Positions 45,683 to 61,489 of a stretch of DNA of 64,000 nt are shown here, piece after piece (position 1 is the stretch's first letter; each line of letters begins with the position of its first letter). The notes beneath the pieces were generated by a model. That model was not told the origin of the DNA. It was given only the letters and a program-made list of their open reading frames with translations, and ran no database searches. Source of the stretch: Eledone cirrhosa (taxonomy: Eukaryota); NCBI GenBank assembly GCA_964016885.1, contig OZ024743.1, positions 349,060,001 through 349,124,000 of the forward strand, given 5' to 3'. The position numbers and the translations under genes were made by a program.

Positions 45683-45683
<1 letters not shown>
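45185..45683 (+). mobile_element. family G monomer (about 400 bp) followed by the start of a second tandem unit
   Basis: catactactgtacg.. at 45185 recurs at about 45634; its 5' part is also inverted at 43822-43935. Confidence 0.8.
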
Positions 45684-45719
<36 letters not shown>

Positions 45720-45730
45720 TTGTGTATATA

Positions 45731-45773
<43 letters not shown>

Positions 45774-45832
45774 AACACAGGCTCAGGTGCATTCCATATG
45801 TCATATGTATATATATATAACAATTGAGTTTG

Positions 45833-45863
<31 letters not shown>

Positions 45864-45864
<1 letters not shown>

Positions 45865-46053
45865 ACGAAGGAAATGTGGTAAGGAACCAGGTGGACCATA
45901 ACGCACCAAAGTACTCAATACTTAGGGTAGTAGAGTGGCTAATAGGAACCAGTAAGACCCCTACAGCTGAGCTCAAGCCGTTTCGACGGCTAATTCTGGT
46001 CCAGAATTAGCCTTCGAAACGGCTTGAGCTCACCCGTCGGGGTCTTACTGGTT

Positions 46054-46056
<3 letters not shown>
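45864..46056. mobile_element. fold-back element family E, copy 3
   Basis: Apex gacggctaattctgg-t-ccagaattagcc; short arm ends ggttccta(TA)n. Confidence 0.92.
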
Positions 46057-46138
<82 letters not shown>

Positions 46139-47023
46139 AATGCACCTGAGCCTTTGTATGTGCGTGTCGGCTTGCAACCATGTGCATTGACATACACGCA
46201 TATGTACTTTATGCCAAAATAGGAACTGTAGTCCATTGCATTTCCGGATTTTGACACTGAGGCTTTGATGTTTTACACTCCAATTTTATGTCATTTGTTC
46301 TTAAAACGCACCACTCGATGATAGTGTAAGAACCACGTGAAATAGTGGCAGGATAGATGCCAACCTACACACACAAATTCTTCTGAACATGGCAGCAGCA
46401 CACTAAAGCTGACTTGCCAGCTGACCCCTTAACACCACTACCACTACCAACACAATGTGGAGGTCAGCTGTACTTAAACAAAAACAACTACAACAGATTG
46501 TCTTGCCTCAGAAAAATGTATATAGACTTTTGACTGAGAAATGTTCTCACAACTGACCAATTGGATGCGATAGTGTCCTCTGACGCCGAAAATCGTTTCT
46601 TCTAACTCATATGATGCAAGTTCCTCTGAGAAAGAACAACACAACCAGGAGCTGGATATATCGATGTATTGACGGAGTAAAACACACTTCAACAACATGT
46701 GCACCTGTCTTTCCCACACCAATTCGGACTGCCTGATTTGCTATCACCGAAATATATATAGCAGTATATCTATAATTTATAATAAACGAAGCCAAATTTT
46801 ACATATTTGACTTAATTATTTTATATATATCTGTGTGTGTGAAGGGCTATTTGTGTGGAGGGGTTTAGGAAATTATGTAGAAAACCCAATACCCAAGGAT
46901 GTCAGAGCACTTAGCTCGAGAGACGAGTACAAATATAGACAATTGAATTCATAATATTTTCAAATGTGAAATACGCCTGTTTCACTGGGGAATTATTACG
47001 CAACTCTTCAATCCAACTTCAAA

Positions 47024-47078
47024 AATTCGAACTGAGGAGCTGCCGAAATGTTTTCCCGGCGAAACGCGCGTCTTGAAA
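47024..47078 (+). ncRNA. type I hammerhead ribozyme
   Basis: ttcgaa CTGAGGA gctg..cggc GAAA cgcgcg TC ttgaa, about 30 nt before a (TA)n tract. Confidence 0.72.
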
Positions 47079-47108
47079 AAAAATGAATATAGTTTAGTTT
47101 AACATAAT

Positions 47109-47547
<439 letters not shown>

Positions 47548-47611
47548 TATATATATAATCCATTTTGCTTATGTATATATATATATATATGTATGTATAT
47601 TTATCTATCAT

Positions 47612-47649
<38 letters not shown>

Positions 47650-47654
47650 AATCA

Positions 47655-47723
<69 letters not shown>

Positions 47724-48329
47724 GAAGAACGAGGATTCAGTGTTGCATCATATCATATTTATTAACATATTACATATGTTCCTCTATCGATCAGCTCGAG
47801 GCAAGATCTATTACAGATTGAACCTGACTCTGTAATCGAAAGTTCTTCAGATATTATGGTAATACTTATATATGCATATATGAAATCTGTACAAATAAAT
47901 ATGATATTATTTCTTACTAATATTACTAAAGATAATTGTGTAATATTTCCTTCGAGGTGGAAAAAGTGGACAATGGGGCCAGTAAGGAATCGGGTTGCAT
48001 ATTTCTCGGACGCCAGACATTTGCGTTAAACATTATTATAAAAGCCGCTAGCCACCGATTTTCTTTATTTAGAAGAGTTCATACCTCTAGCTAGAAGTAT
48101 AAACTGCGGTCGACGGTAGGTACACTGGAATAATTTGAAATTTCAAAATATGTTATACACTAAAATATCTCGTGTCTCTTCCTTGCAATGTTACATACCA
48201 CTACTTTACAAATATTCGAAGACAGACATTTAAAAACCACTATACCAATGTTGCAACAACGTCTTGCCTTAAATTGATGCCAAATCTCTGTCATTCGCTC
48301 AGTGTTTTTGAATCTTTTGTATCTTTTTC

Positions 48330-48368
<39 letters not shown>

Positions 48369-48384
48369 TCTGTGTGTGTGTGTG

Positions 48385-48472
<88 letters not shown>

Positions 48473-49471
48473 CGCGTGTGTGTGTCTGTCTGGCATACTT
48501 ACATTTATATATCAGCTCTGCTAGTGCGAGAAATCGAGAAATGAAATTCTAATTTTATCTTTAATAATTGCCAAATGAGTCTACTCAGCCGATGTGTACT
48601 TAAAAAAATACTATATATTTTATATATATTTTATTTTTATATGTATGTATGTATATCTATATATTTATACATATATATATATATATACATACTTCCTGAG
48701 TTCGGTTTTCTTCGTCGCTATGGTCACTGCGGCCTGTCTATCGGTCACTGTATTTGATTTGCAAAGCAGTCTAAACGTAATGTTATAATTCTAGGGTAAT
48801 ATTCCCATTTGAGTGCTTAACTGTACACCGAAACTTCATTCGTTAGCTTGGCTACAACCAAAACCTTCGTAGCCGCTGTACTAAAATTTGTATAAATATA
48901 TATATATACACACACACACGGAGAGAGAGAGATGTATAGAGAGAGAGGGGGGTGAAATTGGAAATATCACGTAAAATATATTTAAAGGTAGGTTTTTCTT
49001 TTTTTTTCATCTTTCTTTTTGAGAGGAAGACTAGAAAATGAACTCTTGTGTATAGAGGGAGAAGTGTGTAGTCAAGATAGTAGCAACAGCAAGCTTGGTA
49101 GGTGTGTGTTTTTTTCACACAGATAAAGATTGTTTTTTGGGACAAAGGAAATATTCTGTAAATATGAGTGTGTATCTCAATTGTGTTAATGGACTGGACA
49201 AGAGTTCAGCTGGGGCTGGCAACAGTAGGGCTGTAAAAGAATTTCTACATTTGGAATATGTATTTAGAGAGTGTGAGTATGTACGTGTAAGAGTGTATAT
49301 ATATAGAGATAAAAAATACACACATATGTGTGTGTTGCGTGGGGTGCTTCAGAATGTCTGTCACAGGTCCATTTGTTGTGGGAAATAAAAAAAAAATGCG
49401 AAGCATCAGGAGTGGTTTCAATCAGGAATTTCTGGAAAATATGAGTATGAGCATTTTTTTCTCTTATTTTG

Positions 49472-49537
<66 letters not shown>

Positions 49538-50132
49538 AGGAGGTGGGGTAGAGAATCGAATGGGTGTGATTACGTATTTAAATTTGGTTTCAATTTGTTA
49601 AATAGTTTTTTTCTTATTTATTCTTTGTTGTTGAGTGAAATAATCGGAGCATTTGTAAAGGGGGAACATTTTGAAGTTAGGTAGGGTCATTCCTGCACAT
49701 TCTGCAATGTGGCTACTTAAGTGGATTTTTCTTGTGTTTACGTCTCGGATTTGTCGGCGATGCATGGTCATTCTTTTGCATAATGACACAAACGTCTGTC
49801 CTCTGTAGTTATATTAAGAATGACAACGTCAAGTTTCTGTTGGCTCACCAAAGTGAGCACGCAATGCGTAGTCTCCAGTAATTTCTTCTGAGCAGAGGTT
49901 AATAATATTAATAAGCATTGATTAGGCATTCATTACGTTTATTCGTGTGTGACACGTATTTAACGCTAAACTGGAATCATTCAGTCACTGCACTAAAAGA
50001 GGTGTAACGGGCTTTGGATCAGATCGGTACAGATCGAATCTTGAGCTGATCAATCGCGAAACGCGAATGCACCGGAATAAATGTTATGAAAATTTGACAC
50101 CTCGTCCATGCTTATTATTTTATATGCATATA

Positions 50133-50322
50133 CAGGGCTTGGATTGGCAGTATCGGTATAGGGTCGGACGCCATGCTTTCCAGCATAGTTACGTCCCTTT
50201 ACGATCTGAGTTCAAATCCCGCCGAGGTTGACTTTGCCTTTCATCCTTACGGGGTCGATAAAATAAAGTACCAGTAATGAACTGGGTATTTGCTGGCCTT
50301 GTGCCTAAAGTAGAATCAATTA
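50133..50322 (+). mobile_element. SINE family 1, full length
   Basis: Nearly identical to 56076-56253. Confidence 0.9.
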
Positions 50323-50341
50323 TTTTATATGCATATATATT

Positions 50342-50377
<36 letters not shown>

Positions 50378-50983
50378 GTTGTGTGTGCGTGTGTGTGTGC
50401 ATGCGTGTATGTGTGTGCATGTCTGAGTGTGTAGGTATATATATAAATAGTCTATCAATGTGTGTGTAAAAAAACATGAAAATGTACTCCCTATTTTTCT
50501 CACTTCCTCCATTTTCTTAATTTCTATTAATGTACATTACTATTTTTCTCTTCCTTTCTCGCTTTCAGTCTTTCTCCTTCCACTCTCTCTCTCCTTCTAC
50601 CACTTTCTGTATCTTTCTAATTCCTAATACTTTACGTTTATTTTCATTCAGGAGACACTCTTCCATCCCATTTTACGACACTCACAACTTCCGGCATTCT
50701 ATTATTACAATACATTAATAAATAGTGATTATAGTGATAAATCGACTAATCTAAACATTCAGCATTCCTTACCAACACCTTACTTCCCTCGCCAGCAAAA
50801 TACGCTTTGTCCATCATAAACCCCGCCAACACTATCAATATACACTGGTAAATCGATGTTCCCCTTCCAAACAATTACGCATACAAATACAAGCATACAG
50901 AAATACACACACACACACAGGCACAGACACACACAGACACATAGAGACACAAACGTACACACACATAAATACATACACTCAAA

Positions 50984-51077
<94 letters not shown>

Positions 51078-51242
51078 TATACGTACTATAGATAGACATG
51101 CATATATGTAAATGAATTTATATATATATTTATTTTCATCATACAGTAACCTATGTTATATGCATGTGTATATATGTATGTGTCTCTATACACACACGCA
51201 CAACACACACACACACAAAACACAAATATATATATATATATT

Positions 51243-51292
<50 letters not shown>

Positions 51293-51317
51293 CACACACA
51301 CACACACACACATACAA

Positions 51318-51452
<135 letters not shown>

Positions 51453-51955
51453 AGGACACATAAAGTACATTCGTTATATATACGTTATATATTTATTCGC
51501 CTCGGCTAATGTAATTCCTGCATGAAGTTAGACGTAAAGTTTTTACTAAATGCGTCTAAATTCTTTATGACGAGGCTAAATGACACATCAGGAATTCATG
51601 TCTTTAGACGTACATCCGATGTTTTAAGTATACATCAGAATATGTTGTTGTTGTTGGTCCTTTATTAGTTTATTAGTTCACTTTTGTTACTGATAACAAC
51701 AACGATGTAGTTCATGTTGATGTTTTATATATATGCTTGCTCATATGCAGTGTTTATTTTTTGTTGTTGTTCTTACACATATTTATTGTTTGGTTTTGTT
51801 ATCATTGTAGATGAAAATGGTGATGATGAGAGTGATAATGGTTGATGGTGATGAAGGCAATGTCTTCGGCGACGAGGACGATAATGGTGAGTATTATGGT
51901 GATGGTAAATATGGAGGTAATGATGTTGTTGATGATGATGATAATGATGAGGATG

Positions 51956-51993
<38 letters not shown>

Positions 51994-52595
51994 AATACCT
52001 TCGTTGTTGCTATATTAGATACTTTTCTTATTAATGCTAATGTCAATTTTGTTTGCTCTTCCTGTAGAATACTGTTATTGTTGCTGTTCGATATCGCAAT
52101 TCGGACAGGAAAATTCTATAATCCGCAGCAAGTTCTACATATAGTGAAATAAAATAAAACAAAAACACCAATTGTTAAACAAACAAACAAACAATAAGAA
52201 TGTATGCACTGAATAATAATGATAATAATAATAATGATTCTTTTTTTTTTTTAGGCGCAGACCCAGCAGTTTTGACGGAGTATAGGTATATATGTACGTG
52301 TATTTATGCATGTATATATTTATATATATCATTATATATATATATATTATGTATATATATATATGATTATATATCTACACACACACAAACACACACACAC
52401 ATACAAACACACACACATACACACACATATATATATATATATGTATATATATGTATATATATAATAAATGTAATCTGAGTTTTTCGAATATTAATAATAA
52501 TGTTCGATTCGTTTGCAATTATTCAAACAGTCTCATTTAAGCCATGTCAATAGAATGACCCTCTCAATCTTGCTCTTGTGTTGAAATGTAAACAG

Positions 52596-52644
52596 AACTG
52601 CAGACACTAATGTTTCTAGGTGATTACCCTTCATCAGTGCAGTT
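52596..52644 (-). ncRNA. type I hammerhead ribozyme, solitary
   Basis: Minus strand: aactgca CTGATGA aggg taatca ccta GAAA cattagtg TC tgcagtt; perfect 7-bp stem I. Confidence 0.8.
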
Positions 52645-54257
52645 TACTGCTTACCTGCCAACTGTCACAGCTAGTGAAAATTTATGATATTTTATGAAAT
52701 ATACAGTGACTGATCGGCCTGATTTGCATATTAGCACACTGGCTGATCAGTAAGATTTGCACATTAGCAGATAAGCCAGTCAGTTTCATGTAGACGAGCG
52801 ATTAAAATATATGATATTTTCTGAATATGCAAATCAGGCCGAAACTCTCCGAATTCAGGTGATAAACAGAACTCTGCCAAAGGTACTGCCAGGTTTATGA
52901 TGTTGCATAGAGTAATAAATTAAGTCTACAACTAACTAACATATACTTGTAATTAAATACGTTGTTAATTAAATAAAACGTTAATATTGTCCTGTGAACC
53001 ACCTCTAGTATATGAAATTTCAGTATACTAAACTCCAATGAAAAAAAATCAAAATTGTACATACTTCTGCAGCATATGACCTGATGACATTGAAAAACGA
53101 CACTTCACTATAAAATCTTTCTGGTAGTTTACATTTAATGCTCTTGCCAGCCTAACTATAAAATTCTCATGAACATACTTATTTCATTTCTCACGTAGTT
53201 TCAGTGGGATTCAACGTATATATAAATATCTATTCTAGATATGCGCCCTGCAAAGCTTTATAATGAGTCACAATTGATCTATGTTTTACAGAACAATACT
53301 AAGTCTATATAACTCTAGTTATTTTAATTCAAACCCTTACGGAATAATTTCATTCAAAAGGGAGCGCTTAATTAATATGTGTGTAAAAACAAAATATTTA
53401 AATTGAATTCCCTTTGTTAAATTTACGTTACAAATACTCCATGTTAATGTTGAACATCAAAGTACCTCATTCTCCTTTTACTTTGAATATAAAAGAAATT
53501 CATGTTTAATTAAGAAACATGGTTACATTCAAATTACTAGCCGTGGAGTTATAGTTGTTTAGTCACTGACATGATCTGTTGAAATTATGTGCAGAATCTG
53601 AAAGAATTACATCGAGAAAGAACCATAAAACCCCTTTTATGTACATAGCATATTCGTATAGTAGGGAAATTGAAACTTCTGGCTTTGCAGGTAGGCTTAA
53701 TGAACAAGCATAAAATTCGGACCTTAAAATGTTGTGGTTTAGAATGTCAGGAATGACGATGCTGATCAGAAAAAATAATATTTGCCTGTCTCCTATAGTT
53801 TTACCACGCTATATTTTCTACTGAAACATAAAAGTATGATTGATAAACGTGATTAATAGTCAGGATATATTGAAATAATAAAAAAAGAATGTCATATATA
53901 GCTGTAGAAAATACCATTAAAAAACTATATTAACCATAGCTAATATATACGAATCACTACGAGGAATAAGCTGACGAAAACTAAAATGAACTGCCTAAAT
54001 TTTAATAACCAGATCTGTTGAATTAAATGTATCTTTCCAATAAAACGAAATAATATTCATTTATATAGCGTTAAGATAGCGCGCTAACTACAGCCATATA
54101 AGCTGGTTTGGATGCATAGCAGCTAAAAGGCGGGGTAGTATAATTTACATATAGTTCATATCTATCACAGGGTCCGTAAGGAAGACAGTCTATAACGTGT
54201 GATGTCTCTCTCTCTCTCTCTACATATATATATAACGGAATTTTACCTGTATATATA

Positions 54258-54638
54258 TAAAGAATGAATAATAACAGGTAGACATCATAAACAGGTAATT
54301 TATTCCGAGTGCTTACAAATGTTTCAACATTAGTTATACTGTTTCTGCAATCAAATAATTATTAATTATCAATTGCACATAGCATGACTAGGCTGTATAA
54401 CTACTGTTGAAACATTTGTAAGCACTCGGAATAAATTACCTTTTTATGATGTCTACCTGTTATTATTCATTCTTTATCTACACTCCGGAATACAATACAG
54501 AAGGATCAGAAACTGAATTTTTCCGACTGTTCTTCCATAACTCGTTGTGTAACCCCTCACCGTACATCAACTCTATCTAGTGTAGTAATTAACTATTACT
54601 GCATTCGGGATAACCGTAAGGATTTCTTTCATAACCTA

Positions 54639-54640
<2 letters not shown>
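54258..54640. mobile_element. fold-back element with hammerhead 3' half and long tail
   Basis: Arms 54258-54339 and 54395-54476; GAAA catttg TA at 54409-54420; tail to 54640. Confidence 0.85.
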
Positions 54641-54671
<31 letters not shown>

Positions 54672-54679
54672 AAGAGAAA

Positions 54680-54745
<66 letters not shown>

Positions 54746-54767
54746 GTAATATCGTTTCATTTTTTCC

Positions 54768-54820
<53 letters not shown>

Positions 54821-54848
54821 TACACATATATATATATATATATATATA

Positions 54849-55072
54849 ATCACAAGTAAATATGTTTTGAAACAGTGAGCGAGTTTGAAATTAGAAATAT
54901 AAGCTTTGACCGTATTTTTGACTAAAATAATGTTTAGCCTGATAGTGGGATTTAGAACCCTCAGAACGTACGTCAATACTCATCTTTTTCCATTTCTCTG
55001 AGGGTTCTAAACCCCACTATCAGGCTAAACATTTCTTTAGTCAAAAATACGGTGAAAGCTTATATTTCTAAT
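54849..55072. mobile_element. fold-back element with tail on the left
   Basis: Arms about 54890-54966 and 54997-55072 are inverted; TA flanks. Confidence 0.85.
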
Positions 55073-56075
55073 ATATATAATCGTTTGGATAATTGACTCA
55101 CGGTTGTATGGACATATCTTTGATTTCTTCAGCAAGCCTCTTTCACAAAGGCCTAGTCTATTCAGCTGCAGACAATTGCTGCGATGTCACTTGTACGAAA
55201 CTGTATTAGACTGGGTTTTCTTTTTGAGACAGATGTGGCGTGGAAAAGGGAGAAAGGTATGCATGGGAGACTTCTGGTTTTCTCTGAAACACATTTTCCA
55301 AATGTACGTCTTAGAATGTATATTTTCAATTGCAAACTCATGGTCACCACCAATTGATGTGATAGTAGTTAGTTAATGTTGTTCAGACCAAGTTGAATAC
55401 TTTTGGAGTATGCCTATTATGAAAGGATATGTAACAATGCCCATCCAAACTTTTCAGATTTTGTTTATTTAAAACTAAATGATTCGTAGTGAACTACCAT
55501 TTTTAAAAGGTCATTTTGGGGTATTTCTGAAAAATATCGCTTTTTTTAGGAGACCACGCAAGCACACAGGGTCTCTCTCATCTCCCTAATGTCCTGAATT
55601 GATCGTCTTTCATATTTATGAAGTTTGACATGAAATATCATGAAATCTCGACAGATGTCGGATCTCCAGTAGCCCATATCAAAGGAGGCACATTGAAAAA
55701 TAAAATACTTTAATATTGCTGTGAAGTTTGAAACACAAAAAAGAACAATATATCGGAAGTGAAGACAAATTGAAGTATTGTTAAAAGTATACATGGGGTT
55801 AACTTATTGAAACGCCAACCAGAAAAAAGAAGAAAGGGATAAAAGTATATATATAGAAAAAGAAAGCTTTAGAGAATGAATGAATGAGGGAATGAGAAAT
55901 GTGCAATATAGTGGAGGAGGAAAATCAAAAAAGTATGTGAGTTAATGAAATTCCACCAGAAGACTTAGTAATTATATGTATATATTTAGTATGATATATA
56001 TGTTATGAAACATATACTAATCTATATAATACAAGATGGAGATATTTTCTCATTCATTCGTCTATACGAGTGACA

Positions 56076-56253
56076 TTGGCAGTATCGGTAGAGGGTTGGA
56101 CGCCATGCTTTCCAGCATAGTTACGTCCCTTTACGATCTGAGTTCAAATCCCGCCGAGGTTGACTTTGCCTTTCATCCTTACGGGGTCGATAAAATAAAG
56201 TACCAGTAATGCACTGGGTAATTGCTGGCCTTGTGCCTAAAGTAGAAACAATT
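56076..56253 (+). mobile_element. SINE family 1
   Basis: ttggcagtatcggtagag..GAGTTCAAATCC..gtaccagtaatgcactgg..gtagaaacaatta. Confidence 0.9.
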
Positions 56254-56517
56254 ATTTAATATCAATTGAAAGATATTTGCAATAAAACTTTCTCTGTGGC
56301 GCACGTCACAGCTTTCAGACCATCGCTGAAACTCCGATTGCGAATAAATGCAACTTATTGGCAATATTTCTAACCCCCCCCCCCACATACACTCTCTCTA
56401 TCTATGTAATCTCTATCTCTCTCTCTTTATCTATCTATCAATCTATCTATATATATTTATATATCACTTGTGTATGTGGCTGTATGTACGTATATATATA
56501 TATATATATATATATAT

Positions 56518-56790
56518 GCAAAAGTTTTATTTAAGATTGTTGGGTTACAACGAGTAAATATTTTATAACTGATATAAAAGCACTCAACAGTTTCTGGAGT
56601 AGGTTTACGATATTAAACAAATGGAAACTATATTTATAAAACCATATTTATTTCGTTATATATATTTCTGGGATATCATATTAAAAATATGGTATGCCTT
56701 CCTCAGACAAAATACAATACATAAGCTGTTTTATAAATAATTATTGACATACCTTATAATAATGCAACTTCCATTTAAAAAGTTGATTCA
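56518..56790 (-). mobile_element. family D-related pseudo-LTR with hammerhead at 56649-56714
   Basis: Minus strand: tattttgt CTGAGGA aggcataccatat..atatgatatccca GAAA tatata TA acgaaata. Confidence 0.75.
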
Positions 56791-57126
56791 GACACGCAGG
56801 CACACACAGAAGCACACACAAGCAAAGACAGGCATATTTGGATTTATGTTATAACTGACGCACTAACTTAAACAACTCTACTCAGAATCACGCCGTGCTA
56901 GTTCTATTGTCATATGTGTATGAATATATATCAACACACATATATTTATTAACATACACAAACACAAACATATATATTTGTATGTATGTATGTATGTATG
57001 TATGTATGTATGTATGTATGTATGTATGTATGTATGTATGTATGAGAGTATATGTATATATATATATATGTATATATATATACGTCTCAATCAGTATTAT
57101 ATATGTATATACATGTATATATAGAT

Positions 57127-57208
<82 letters not shown>

Positions 57209-57373
57209 ATATATAGATACACACACACACATATATATATATATATACGTTTGTGTGTGTGTATCTATATATATAAACAAAAGTATATGTATATATATAT
57301 ATGTATATATATACGTCTCAATCACTGTTATATATGTATATGCATGTATATATAGATACATACACACACACAG

Positions 57374-57416
<43 letters not shown>

Positions 57417-57433
57417 GATACACACACACACAC

Positions 57434-57481
<48 letters not shown>

Positions 57482-57501
57482 GTGTGTGTGTATCTATATA
57501 T

Positions 57502-57562
<61 letters not shown>

Positions 57563-57918
57563 TATATATATAATAGTGACTGAGAGAGGTATATAAAGCA
57601 GACGATTCACTCTTGTGGTGTGGCCACAGTAGGTTAGCTGGGCGTGTGGATGACTCATGGAAGGACGGGGGTAAAGTAAGTGGTATATAGAAGATCGGCT
57701 AGATACCGCTACTCAGGCATAGAGTAGTATATGGAGTATATGAGAATGTATATCTATGTGTTTGTGTGTGAATGTGTGTTTATGAGACAGAGAAATAAAG
57801 AAAGACAGAGAGAGAGAATAGAAGTTATATATATAGTGCTTGGACTATATATTTATCTCTCTCTCTATCTCTCTCTCTCACTCTCTCTCTCTCTCGATAT
57901 TTATATATATACGGCTTG

Positions 57919-58013
<95 letters not shown>

Positions 58014-58364
58014 ATATTTTTAAATAATCTTCAAAACTTAGCTGGGGGATATTGCCCCAACATCTGACATAGAAACAATGGCGGCACTCCACAATTGTTG
58101 GCGGGACTTATCGTTTGAGCTTTTTGTACAGAGAAAACATTTAGTCTGTTACAAAAACGAAATCAAGTGATCTGACCGGAACCCCGCCATGGCCTTTCCT
58201 TTGTCAATTGACTTGAAAGACAATTCTCTGAGCTTTTGAACTGTCAAAAATATAACTTCTTCATATATAAGTTTCTATTTTTTCTGTATATGAAATCTTT
58301 TGTGATCTTCGACTTTCTTTTTTCCTATATATTTTTATGACATTCTTTCATTTTTCACCGCAGC

Positions 58365-58427
<63 letters not shown>

Positions 58428-58435
58428 CATATGTA

Positions 58436-58510
<75 letters not shown>

Positions 58511-58780
58511 ATTGGTATATATGACCTCACTGTTTGCGAGAGAGGAAGAAGGATAGCTTGTGTACACGAGTAAATGGATATGTTTGTTTATGAATGTATG
58601 TGTGTGTGTATGCGTGTGTGTGTGTGCTTGTGCGCGCGCGTGTGCGTTTATCTGTGAATATGCACGTGTGTGTTTTTCAGTGAGTCAGCCTCTTTTGTTT
58701 TATGTACAATTCACCTTAGATATTATGCTTCCGATATATGGCTGAACGCTACAGGATTGAAAGGAACACAAATATTTCCG

Positions 58781-58873
<93 letters not shown>

Positions 58874-58875
58874 GG

Positions 58876-58945
<70 letters not shown>

Positions 58946-58959
58946 ATATATATATATGT

Positions 58960-59018
<59 letters not shown>

Positions 59019-59293
59019 AATGTGTGTGTGTGTATGTGTGTGTCCGTGTATATATATGTATATATATATATATGTGTGTCCGTTCATGTGTGTATGCGTG
59101 AGTTATTCATTCTTTCATATTTTATACACACATATACAATATATATGTTCGTTTGATCTAATTTCTTATTTTTATGTAATCGGAAGAAGAAAAACCTTAA
59201 TTTCTTATTCTATCTCTCCCATCTCTACTTTCTTACTCCCCCTTGCTCTTATAAATAACTCCTTCTGTCACTCTTTCTCTCTGACCCTCACTC

Positions 59294-60390
<1,097 letters not shown>

Positions 60391-60394
60391 GCAA

Positions 60395-61364
60395 ATGGAA
60401 AATAGGACCGAACCATTTATACCTAGAAGACCGAAAAATAACCAGAAAGACCACAAAAGAAACTTTGAAATAGAACTACCAGTCAGATTTATAGCACGAT
60501 CTAAATCAGACTTAGGCATAGTTTATAAACATATATTAGATAGAATCATTCCGCAACTTAAAGAAATATGGAACAGTACTAACGAGGTTATAGATTGGTT
60601 TAATAACATAAAATTTAAACATAACAAAAAATTCACTCAATTGGATATTGCAAACTACAACTCCTCTATTACTCCTAATTTACTTAATAAAACTCTTATC
60701 TATGCATTTAAACATACAGATGTATCTAGCGAATAAATGCATATCATTTTAACTGCACGGAAAACTTTAATTGAATCATTTAATTCAACAATCATCTCTG
60801 GACTAGAGCCGATAGAAAAAATAATTTTGATATCACCATGACTCGGCGGAAATAACGGACCTTGTGGGGCTATTTATTAATAATACACTGCATAGAAAAA
60901 TACCAGAGATGACCGGTGGTTTATATCGTGATGATATGCTGCTTTTAATTGAAAATCATAGTAATTGTGAAATTAATATGAAAAGAAAATCCATAATACA
61001 ATTCTTCAATAGCTACAACCTTAAGTTAGAAATAGAAAATAACTATAACATTGTTAACTTTTTAGACGTAACATTAAACCTTAACACAGGGTTCTACTAT
61101 CCATTCCGTAAAATTAATGAGAATCTAAACTATGTAGGTTTTAACACTAATCATCCTAGATCTATCAAGAACACTATTGTCAATTCTATCCAACAACGTA
61201 TTTCACGCATCTCCGCTAATAAAAACATGTTTGACGATAAGGCAGAATATTATAATGAAGCTTTAAATAGAGCAGGCTATATAAATAAGATTAAATACAT
61301 CGACAACAGTAATAAGGCAAATAACCCTACTATTAATTATAATTATAATAACCTTAAACTCTAA
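60395..61364 (+). pseudogene. PLE reverse transcriptase (same lineage as 32600-33879), disrupted
   Basis: KDHK..PVRFIARSKSDLG..WNSTNEVIDWF..QLDI..FDITM..GLYRDD..NFLDVTLNL..NHP; stop at 60736 and frameshifts. Confidence 0.92.
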
Positions 61365-61489
61365 AACTAACAGAGTATATATTTATTTTATTACACAAGC
61401 TTATCAAAAGCAAACAAGTAAAAACAAATAACACTTATAAAGCAACCAAAACACGTAAGAAATTACTGGATTTCCTGGATTTGCGGTTG

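Larger units (their letters stand above)
42500..46823 (+). mobile_element. large inverted pseudo-LTR pair (family F) enclosing a PLE RT fragment and nested insertions
   Basis: 42595-43020 is inverted to 46372-46823; the left arm has an extra tail at 42500-42594 and the right arm ends in (TA)n. Confidence 0.75.

Noticed and set aside
51811-52152. Acidic Asp-rich ORF
   Set aside because: It is a translation of a (GAT)n repeat.
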